Origin: Asterias rubens
Taxonomy: Eukaryota
Length of the DNA: 64,000 nucleotides
Assembly (NCBI RefSeq): GCF_902459465.1
Contig: NC_047064.1
Location: 310,001 to 374,000, forward strand
Direction of reading: 5' to 3'
Part shown: positions 1 through 11,500 of the stretch, piece after piece
How the letters are laid out: each line of letters begins with the position of its first letter
How positions within the stretch are numbered: the stretch's first letter is position 1
Made by a program: the position numbers and the translations under genes
The notes under the pieces: model-generated
Database searches by the model: none
Told to the model about the DNA's origin: nothing
What the model saw: the letters and a program-made list of their open reading frames with translations, nothing else

Positions 1-2284
1 ACCTAGCCTGGTAACTAGTCACTGAAGCGTAGTTGCAATTAGAAGCCACAGTGGCAGTGGTGATTGGATGATTTCAGGGGCCATATAACGGTCATTGAAT
101 TTAACACCAAATGCAGAATTATCAATCAAGGATGTCCTAGCCACCCAACCTACATCTTAGCTTCTACTCATCCATACTGCATTCTCTAATCGTGTCCCGT
201 AGTGGCATGACCTGAATTTCTTTAACTGTTCTTAAAAAAACAAGATTTTCTGCTCGTCTTCTCTATCAAGTTGATCCCAGCACTCTAGTCCTGTCCTGTT
301 TACCCAAGTTCACCTTCCCAGAAAGATTGAACGTTAATTGGATGAGGGCAGAAATATTCATCGGTAGGAAACTTGACTAAACCCCCAGGCAGGTGTTTGT
401 GAATCTACGATTTGGATTCCCCCCAGTGCACTAAGTCTACCCAGGGGGTATCTTTGCTTAAAACTCAATGATTGGTAGATGCCTCATCCAGTACTGGAGG
501 AACCTCTAGGCAGCCATCTTGAATTCACACCTTGAAGGGGTTCGTTGGAATCGTCATCTCTTCATCATGAAAACTAGTAGGGAAATAGAGGATTGAGGAA
601 TTCCTTTACCTGATCCCGCTTGAGGGAATAATCAGTTGTACTGCGGCCTGATCAGCACCTTAAACACATGTTTTTACCCGTTGGATTGATATGACCAATA
701 TCTGTTGGCTGGCTGACCTGCTGTAGGGTTTTGGATATAACAGCCTGCTTCAGTGTATTGAAGGCAATAGATAAAGTGTAGTCTGAGAGGCAAATGAAAG
801 ATGGATTTTCTCCGTTGTGTTTATCTGGTTCTGCTTCACTTCAATTCTGTGTCTCATTTATTGACTTAAGTTAGTCAGGTACGACTGACGAAAGCACTTC
901 TTGAGAATGAGTGGCTTGGGTTTTGTTTGACTCTCAAGTTAATGCTGCTCTCAACTGTCCAGAGATATGGGAAGTTTTGTTCCAGATAATACTAAAAAGT
1001 ATGTGTACCTATACATGCATATAATTGTATTTTTTATTTTTTATTACTTTTCAACTTGACAAGAAATGTAAAAAAATGTCCTGAAACTTCTTAACAGTAG
1101 TTTTCTATCCGAGACAAAACAATCCAAAAGGTTTTCTGAAAACTTTCTTCTTAATTGTAGTCAAAGAAATTTTGAGTCATTAAAAATAGAGGATGTCTTT
1201 CATCAGTCTATATTAAATCGCACTATTTTCATCAGTCAAAGGAAGTGCAGGAAATTGGCTGTGAAAGACGGAGGAGCGTTGGTCAATACTTACGCAAATA
1301 AAGAGGCTCTACCCACTTGATATCAGATGTCAAGCATGTTACATCCATTGACTTATTGTGTGGGATGTAACAGGACTCTATAAGTTAATGAACCATTTAG
1401 CCGCCCCATTGTCTGATGAAATAATGGTTTGAATACGGAGTTATAGGACGCCAGGCTTGATCCTATTTTCACTACATGGTTTATTCAATGCTTTAATTGA
1501 TGTACTTAATGGGCCTTAACGGCTTTGGAGCAATTTGGAATTCAGTCACTGGATCAAAGAGAGACTCTTGTACAAAAAGGACAAATGAAACGTGGATTGA
1601 TGTGGGAGGATGGGAGGCATATTAAAGGCACTGCATGTTGGAAAAAGGAATGATCATTGGTGTTTGTCGGCAGCTTCTAGACAGATGGAATAAGTTAGAT
1701 CCAAGGTCCCTGATGAGGAATTCCAACCACTATTCTTACCCCCCCCCCAACAAAAAATAGACAAATCAATTCTTTGAAAAGAACAATGTTTTGATTTGAA
1801 ACTCAAAACCTTTTAATCTAAATACATAGTGCAGTTCAGAATCAATACTTGTACTTGCACTATGTTAAACATGATGTTGGACTTAATACTGTTCTTATTC
1901 CATTACATTTCTCTCATTCAAGACCATTGATGTTTAATCTCACTCCTTCATTTCATTTCTTTTTATATTGAGTTTCATTTTGTTATTCTATTCATGTTTT
2001 GTTGTATTATTATTTGTGGATGTATGAAATTGCATGAATTATACCTGTTACAGCCATCTAAATTTTATGTAACCTTTGTGTTAATTTATGCTTGTTATGA
2101 TTTCAATTTTAATTTGTTGTTAAGTTCTAACCTTAATTACCATTGTTTGCATGATTTTCAGTATGTATTTGACTTCATTGCAAGCAGCATGTTTTCATGT
2201 AACTGCATGGCCATATTTTAGTTTGGTTTCTTTTTTTGTTTTGTTCCTTTGCCCACCTTGTCTGCTGGATGTGCACACCACTAG

Positions 2285-2522
2285 GCATTGTAATTCCTAC
2301 ACGTCTACCTGTGACGTCAGCAGTGATTACAGCTGCCCCTCTACCTCAAATAACCACTACCTCTCCCCCTGCTCGACCAGACTTAGGACCCGTTCCAAGT
2401 GAACCTAGGTTCCTGACAGCATCTGATGTACAGGCAAGATCTTTCTCACTATCATGGCTGGAGCCATTGCAGATGAATGGAAACTTAAACAACTACAGGA
2501 TTTATCTCAAATGGGATGGAAA
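2285..2522 (+). CDS. NEO1: Gene 1 exon: Thr/Pro-rich linker plus FN1 N-half
   Basis: ctag|GC..AA|gtaagc; [79 protein letters not shown]; phase 1-2. The acceptor is less certain than the donor. Confidence 0.8.
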
Positions 2523-5500
2523 GTAAGCAAACTTCCTTCTCCTTAAACTATTGGAGACTTTCAAATTGTAGTCTTTTTTGTGCAATTAAAATCAATCTGT
2601 TTCAGACTTGTTCAAAAAAGAATTTGGTTTTGAATCAATGTTAAGATCTTGCCATGGTATAGAGATATATTTTTGTAGCTCTTTGTATTTAATCTTTTTT
2701 GTCATGTTGCTTGGCAGAAGCTCAAAATCCCTTTAAAAAAAGTTTTGTTTTGTAATTTGCAAAACTACAAAATTGAATAACAAAAGTGTTTGCATCTTAA
2801 TAAATTCCAAACATTGGAGATTTGACACAGTTAGGTTTCAAAACAGATTGAAAGAAATTCTAATTTGATTTTTTTTGTTTTTGAGGGTATTTCGCTTCAC
2901 AAATCTTTTAAAAGTCAAATAGTCAAAGCCAGATTTATGAGAGCTCAATGTTTTGTAGTAATTATGATCTAGTACTTGAACTAGTGTTAAGTTATTAAAG
3001 TATGATTTTAAATATTTAAGTAATAATTAGCTACCTGACATTTTTGTATGAATTGATTTTTATGAACAAAGAAAATTTGACTGGATTGGAACCTGTATCT
3101 TCAGATTGATATTGGAGCGTCTAACAACTGTGATATCTAGCCCTATGTTGGCAGTCTTTAATTCTATAACAACTGTGATATCTAGCCCTATGTTGGCAGT
3201 CTTTAATTCTATAACAACTGTGATATCTAGCCCTATGTTGGCAGTCTTTAATTCTATAACAACTGTGATATCTAGCCCTATGTTGGCAGTCTTTAATTCT
3301 ATATCACCCACATACATGTAGGAAGACCATCTCAAACCCGATGCTTCACGGAGGCAAAGGCGATTAATTGCCTCCATGCCCCTGGTCATTGCCTTGGTGC
3401 ACTTGCCCTTTCAAAAAAAACATACAGGCCTGTCATAACTATAGGGCTACATAGCTCTGTTGGTAGAGTGCTGGAACATAAATCCAAAGGTTGTAGGTTC
3501 ACATAGAATTGATTTCAAATTTTGAAATTTCAGCTTGAAAATTGAGTCTGCTTATGACCTGAGAGCATTCTTGAGTGACTTGGCACCAGAGACGAGATAC
3601 GAAGTCACTGTCTTCGCTGTCAATGAAAATGGAGATGGAGTGGAATCAGAAACTCTGATTGTGGAAACGCTGCCTCCAGGTTTGTAGAGTTATTCAAATT
3701 ATTGGGAATGATTGGTCAACACTTTGATTAATAGGTGTGAATAACAAATTAGATTATCAAATACAGCATCAATAATCAATAAGATTACCAAATAGATTAT
3801 CAATAACTCATAAGATTATCAAATAGATTATCAATAATAGGTTACCAAAAACCCATAATATTATCAAATAGATTATCAATAACTCATAAGGTTATCAAAT
3901 AGATTATCAATAATAGGTTACCAAAAACCCATAATATTATCAAATAGTGTATCAATGTATATCTGGCTACTTTCTAAATGTTGCAATACCTAACCTCATA
4001 ACTGTGTACCAACTTTCCCTGATTCTGCAGAAAGTTCCCAAAAATAAATCAATCTTTCCACGTTCTGTTGAACAAATTTGAAAGTCTCCCCGAGTATGGA
4101 AACTGTTTCCTTGTTGTGTCAAGACCTGAACCCAAACCAACTCTTTGTTAACACCAGAATGTGAGTCCTAGGCAAGACCTGAACCCAAACCAACTCTTTG
4201 TTAACACCAGAATGTGAGTCCTAGGCAAGACCTGAACCCAAACCGACTCTTTGTTAACACCAGAATGTGAGTCCTAGGCAAGACCTGAACCCAAACCAAC
4301 TCTTTGTTAACACCAGAATGTGAGTCCTAGGCAAGACCTGAACCCAAACCAACTCTTTGTTAACACCAGAATGTGAGTCCTAGGCAAGACCTGAACCCAA
4401 ACCAACTCTTTGTTTACACCAGAATGTGAGTCCTAGGAAAGACCTGAACCCAAACCAACTCTTTGTTAACACCAGAATGTGAGTCCTAGGCAAGACCTGA
4501 ACCCAAACCAACTCTTTGTTAACACCAGAATGTGAGTCCTAGGCAAGACCTGAACCCAAACCAACTCTTTAACACGAGAATGTGAGTCGTAGGCAAGACC
4601 TGAACCCAAACCAACTCTTTGTTAACACCAGAATGTGAGTCCTAGGCAAGACCTGAACCCAAACCGACTCTTTGTTAACACCAGAATGTGAGTCCTAGGC
4701 AAGACCTGAACCCAAACCGACTCTTTGTTAACACCAGAATGTGAGTCCTAGGCAAGACTAGACTGCTCTGTCAAGACCTGAACCCAAACCAACTCTTTGT
4801 TAACACCAGAATGTGAGTCATAGGCAATACTAGACTGCTCTGTCAAGACCTGAACCCAAACCAACTCTTTGTTAACACCAGAATGTGAGTCCTAGGCAAG
4901 ACTAGACTGCTCTGTCAAGACCTGAACCCAAACCAACTCTTTGTTAACACCAGAATGTGAGTCCTAGGCAAGACTAGACTGCTCTGTCATGACATTCCAC
5001 ATAATACACAGCAACATTTCTTCCCAATCTAACAAAGTTTCATCTACTCCTGGTGTGCATTAGGTGACTATCTCGGTCCACCAGTCAACATTCAGGCCAG
5101 AGCAGGACAGGGTAGTTGTACATCTCTACTCATATCATGGGAACCCCCACAAGATGGTGAAGGACAGAATTACGTTGTCTACTACGCTGACCTTAGCGGA
5201 GGTGTTGCCCAAGAACTTCAACTGTACACAGAGGAAGAGTTCTACATAATCACTGACCTGAAACCTTATACTAGATACGGTCTGCGAGTAGTTGCTAATA
5301 ATGAGAATGGACCTGGTGCCTCATCAGGGAATTTGGAAGCTCGCACATCACAATGTAGTAAGTAGTAAACGGCAAGCAACTTTCAAAGTGAAATGAATCA
5401 AAAGGAGTCTTCTTATTATATGATGTTAGAAGAACCAAGGCAAAGTTTACTAGAATCCTTCACCGTATATATATCTCCTAGATGTCTTGAGTGAAGGAGT

Positions 5501-8500
5501 TGTGTACTAGCAGATTTATATCAGAACTGTAAGAGAGATTTCATGTGAACAGTGTTGCTAAAAACCTTCCTAGAATTATACGAATTGTCCTTATCCTTAT
5601 AAACTTTTTTTTTTTTTTTTTTACTTCCTCCCCCCTTCACCCTGACCATTGTCCCACCTCACAAATCATCCAGAGCCCTATGGTTTCCCAGCTAACATCA
5701 CAGTAGAAGCAGATTCAGCATCAGCTATCAGGGTCTTATGGAACCAACCAATCTTCACTGAACGCAATGGTCTGATCACTGGCTACAAACTCAAATACAG
5801 AACAGTTGATAACGGCAAGCGAACGCATACACTCATTATAGATGGTGATGTTAGATCCTATACAATACAAGGTAAGTTGTTTATTAAGTAAGGTTATTTT
5901 AGAGGTGTTGATGGAGTGATGAACTACCACATCATGTAATTCTAGCTATGGATACAACTAAAACAACAACAACAACAACAACAACAGCTAAACGTGAATA
6001 CAAAGATTTATTTATTCTTACTCTGATTGCAGAACCAGCAGCAAAAAACAACAATAACAAGAAGAAGAATATGGTTTGACCCTAGCCCTATATAGGACTC
6101 TTTCTCTGTACACAGGAACAGAGTCCTAACTATTGAGGCCCGTTTCTGGGGCGGAAAAATTTTACAGCTTCATTACTTAAATCTTACCTGCAACAAGCCA
6201 CTAATTTCAACAGAATCACATTCTATTGCGGCATACATTTTTCTGCGGTGGGTTTTGGTCCTCATATTTTCCTCACAAATCCGTCATTTTCGTGAAATAA
6301 TGCAGCTTCCAACGTAAAACAATTCCCGTTTCGATCGTTTTCTCACAGTGTTGTCTGTTGTATGCGTATACATTCGCGTGCAAGACGCATGATGCAAGCT
6401 TAGACGCGTGAATTATTGGTCACCGTATCTTGACTGCACAGCGTTAACACGCAACACAATTCAAAATTTGCACGTCGTGCGTCTTGCGTACACACGGCAG
6501 ACTGTGAGAGTACGAACAAAAATGGGAATTCCTTAACGTTGGGAGCTGCATTATTTCATGAAAATTACGGATTTGTGAAGAATATATGACGATCAAAACC
6601 CACTGCAGAAAAACATATGCTGCCATGGAATGTGAATCTGTTGAAATTAGTGCTTTCTTGCAGGTAAGATTTGAGTTATGAAGCTGTGAAAATTTTCCGC
6701 CTCAGAAATGTACCCTGATGTCCAGAACGTCACTGTAGTACAAAACGAAAGTGTAAGGCCGCCAGGGCTAGGTTTGACCCATACATTGTGTTTGATTTTA
6801 CTCTGATCTTTCCAAGAAGGGCTAAAAAAAAAACCGGAAGATTTGTTAAGACATGCTCTAGAATGAAAAGTACATGTATGCATGTGAATTTATTTCACTG
6901 CATGATTCAGAGTGGACTGGATAAAGTATGTTACTGATCTTAAGGTATAACCCAAAAAAATAAGTTGGTAAACAATTTGACTTTCCTTCTTGATAGATTT
7001 AGAGAAGGAGACTGCATATGAAATACGGATGGCTGCTAGCAACGCTAACGGCACTGGACCATTCTCAGACTGGGTGCAAATAGCAACATTTAAAGAGGAT
7101 AAAAATGGTACATTATTCAATATTTCCCCTCTTTTTCTGAGCGCTTTGTAACCTTATGAAAAGGCGCTATATAAATGGTATTATTATTATTATTATTTTT
7201 ATTTTTTTTTTATATATTCAGGGGATTATTTGTTTCTGTGTGGTTCACATGTAACCCAATTGTCTAGATCTTATTCAGAAAAATGTCTGTCAAAAACACT
7301 TTTTTATTATGTTATAAATACTGGTTCTTCTACAATACAGCTATCCCAGTAGCTAGATCAGGGCACTTTACAACATTCTTATCCCTGTTCATCGAGGAAA
7401 CTTAGACCACTCCTCAAACTTTCTCTATTCTCTGAGGTGCATATAACCTCAAGCACTTATCCATCATAATACCATTGCCGCTCTCGCCGGTTCCCACTTA
7501 TAAATCTGTGTTAAGAGAAGCAGTTATGGTTAAGTGTCTTGATACAAGTTTCACAACCAAGATTCAAACCCATACTCTGAAGCCTGGGCATCAGAATTGA
7601 TATTCTAGACCACTCAACCATGACTCGTTTAGTCCATCAGAGCTTGAGTTGGATACACTTGACCGCTCGTCCATGACCAATTATTAATGACTTGATTGAT
7701 GGGGTTTAATGGTCCTGCTTACATGAGATGGACTGTCACTATCTATTTTAAAAAGAATCAATCAATCAATTGATTGTGATGTACAGTTTTTAGTTAAATC
7801 CCTTGCATTCCTTTTGGAAAAGATACATTTTCATTTATTCCCCCAAAACAGCTCTGTTTTGAAAAATTGTGTTTTTCTTTTTTGGTGATGGAACTTTTAA
7901 CTACTGCTAATAATAAATTAATGGATGTTCTGTTTTAATGCTTAGTGTGAGTGAGAAGATATTTTCAAAGAGCAATTAACTTGTTTCCCTCAATAACAAA
8001 AACATGGAGTTAGTGGTGTTATATTTACCCATGGGACTGATGTTATATTTACCCATGGGACTGGTGTTATATTTACCCATGGGACTGGTGTTATATTTAC
8101 CCATGGGACTGGTGTTATATTTACCCTAGCCAAATAATTGTAGATTATCTTTCAGCTGATCAGTGTTAAGCTACCACAGCTGAGCCACCAGCTTAGCCAC
8201 TGTCTGCTTTAAGCCTTAGCCTAAACAGGAACCATAGCCTAAGCTGGTATCTCAGACGGAGCTTGTGTACTGTATCAAATCAACCAAGAGCCAACAAGTC
8301 AAATGTGTTGACTAAAGATGTAGAAAACATACATTTCATCAAAGACTGAAGATTTTGCCAACTAGTGCTAAAAACAACAACTCATCCAAAGTGTGTTGCA
8401 GTGAAAACTAAAGATACTGGTTCTAAATCTCATGCAAAGCTTCTTGAAGTGACAACTATAAGAACACTTCAGCTCAATCTGTTTAGTGCCTAGAATCATT

Positions 8501-11500
8501 TTCTGTGCTCAATCTAACGGACCTTCATTGGCATTTTTTGTGCACATTCACAGCCATCCAGCAATTCTTGCCTAGCCCATTTGCAAATTAGATTTGAATG
8601 GTCTTTTACAATGCCTTGTTCAGTCACAAGTGAATGCTCAATTTGATTTCATCAAGCCTAAATTCAGTGTTGCTATGTCACAAGGTTCAGGCCAAGCATT
8701 TTCATTGCAACCTCCATATCAGCAAAGACCGGTATCCTTGCTGTGCCAAACCATTTTATTTAGGAATGTGTGAAGGTGTTTGGCGTCTCTTAAAGTAAGA
8801 AAAAGCTGGCCCTAACCATGTGACATAACAAAACTGGATGTAGTGTGAGGAATTCAAATACAGCATTCACTTCTGACTGAACAAGACTTCGTACCAGACA
8901 TCATTCAAATCGAACCTGCAATTAGGACAAATTGGTGATGGGATTATGCTTTTGATGATACAGTACAAGTAAATATCTTTCTCATAACATACTCTGACTA
9001 TGTGCTAAATTCCATGCTTGTGTCATCAAAGGTTTAATTCCCCCATATCACGTGATCTGCCAAACTAAAATGGCTTTATGAGTGTGTTAATGTAGTGCAT
9101 AGAAGCTGTGTTATTCTGGCCAATGAAGAGGCAAACATTCTGGCCAATGAAGAGGCAAACATTCTGGCCAATGAAGAGGCAAACATTCTGGCCAATGAAG
9201 AGGCAAACATTCTGGCTTTAGTAGAGGCTTTGTATCGGAACTGTGCCAGATTGGGCTCAGAACATCAGCAGTCAATTAACCATTTCTTGCAAAGCTAACA
9301 ATTCTTTCTATTTCTCTTTTTCTCTTTCTCTCTTTACCTCATTCATGGTCCTATCCCTTCAATCTCTTGGGTTATCTGCGTGATATAATCCATCCTGAAT
9401 CCTGCCGTGTGATCCAAATATCATTCCATCCCAATGTATTTTGCACTCATCCCCGTGCGTTCTTTCTACCATTATATTGTTTCCCTCTTGAACCTTCTTG
9501 GTTCCACCCCAACCCCCCTTACCACAACAGAAAACACAGTGCCCCCGATTCTGTCTTTATTTAGTGCCATCCCCTCCTCCAATAAAATCGTTGTCACATG
9601 GGCACCCCCATTTGAAAGCAACATAATGATCCGAGGGTACATCTTGGGTTATGGGGCTGGCATCCCTGATGCCTTCATTGAAACCTTCAGTAGTTCAGAA
9701 ACCCAGTTTACTATTACTAACCTCAAGCCCAGCACTATCTATGTACTCAAACTACGGGCTTTCAACAACGCTGGTGAAGGGATGTCTTTATATAAAGATG
9801 TTGCAACATCAGTAGCAGGCAGTAAGTGATTCTTGATTACCTTCTTGTGCTTGCGTGTATCTGTGGTCGTAAAATAAAAATGGTTGGTCAATCTTATATG
9901 GAATGTTACTTGGAAGTTTCCAATGGAACAACAGTGAAAATAAAACTTTGAACAAACATTGAACGAGTAAAAGCTTTGTGATGATCACCTGATGTAAAAA
10001 CTGAACATTGTATGTTCAACATCTTTAAAAAAAACTGGGCGATATTATCTGGAACAATTCCATAAAACTACTGAAGTAGAAAATATTTGCTTAAAAGTAG
10101 AACATAGTTTGATATTGTATTTTGTCTGGTAACCTATTTCTGGTTAGCAGCATTCAGCATCAGTAACTCTTTATAGGGGATTGACCAATCAGATGATATT
10201 AACAAATTTTTCTCTTGAATACACCTATGATCCACAACACACAACAAGGTAGCTTTACTTAACCCCGTCCAAGACATTCTTCTCATTACCATAGCAACTG
10301 TTCATCTTGAAGTAAAAATTGCAACTTATAAACATAATCACCACCTTCATTTCAGAGCATGTGACATTCCACATGTAGTTATTTCATTTTCAAGTGAATT
10401 TGAGAGACATTTTTTTTCAGACACCATTAAGTTTTTTTATTCCTTAATTTTTTTCCCAACACTAATCCCTTCTTTGGCTAACTGCATCTAAATCATGTGC
10501 ATCTACATTAGGTTTTGGGTTATTGGAATGATATTAAAAGAATAGTTTTTTAATTCTTGGTCTTGATTACTGGCATGTGCCTGATTCTTAAAGCATGATG
10601 TCCAACATCTCCAGTGGATCAAATGCATGAGACCAACTCCTATATTTTTGATTCAGTTTCATCTACGTTAAACATTCCAGAACATTTTTACCCTATTTAT
10701 TAATATTGTCTTGGTACTTTCAACAACCTTTGTGTAAACCCATTTTTAGTCAATTTATTCCCAAATATTTGTGACTATTTCATTTTTTCCATAAATATGA
10801 CGGTCTTCAGCATCACCAAGTTTAAAAGGAAAGTTTCACAAACAGTTCCAAGAAATGCTGGGTTTTTTTCCCAAAGAATATCCTGCAATATCATTAAAAT
10901 TATTCCAAGAAGATTCTGAATTGTTTCTGTCTTTCAAAAACTTATGAAGGTTTGTTTGTGTAGATTGTTTGTGTAGATAAACTCAAATCTTGTCTTAAAT
11001 CAAAAGGATGTACCTCTGGGCTAAACAATTTTAGAAGGTGTTTGCACAAAGTATTTATCAGAAAGGTCATTCAACCTCCAAGATATCTCCTTATTTTATG
11101 AAAACAAAAGTAATTAATTAGCTGTGTTTAAATGGTGACTGGATCCATGTTCCAAACACTCCTTTAGTCTCTGCATTGGAATTGTAGTTGAGTTGGACTT
11201 TCCCCAACCCAGTATTGGCTTATTATTTCTCTGTTAGTAAAAGGAGTATTCATTACCTTTCACAGCCTTGGGGCCTAGCCCAACAAGGACAATACACGTT
11301 ACTACAAGTAAGACAACCCAAACATCCCAAACCTCCAAAATGTTGATTACTTTGTTGTTAGTTATTGTAGTTTATGTCTTAGTGCATTGTGTATAAATTA
11401 TGTTTGTCCCATTGTGTTTTGTACCCAGCCCTTAGTTTGTGAAGTGGCACACGTTGCTCTCCTCGGCAAATCCTCAGATAATTTGTGTCTTCTTCAAATT

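Noticed and set aside
1290-1560. Possible decayed LINE reverse transcriptase (..YGV..RQ..LFNALIDVL..)
   Set aside because: Only a faint resemblance across frameshifts and stops; not supportable without a profile search
3060-3389. ORFs with repeated peptides (also 9095-9298, 17797-18321 and 56370-57736)
   Set aside because: They are translations of minisatellites whose units lack stops in that frame; intronic, with no splice or start context
3444-3501. Functional tRNA gene
   Set aside because: No complete cloverleaf; the T-arm and acceptor stem are truncated
4120-4989. CRISPR-like array (also the other regular repeats)
   Set aside because: Units are contiguous with no unique spacers, the context is eukaryotic and there are no cas genes
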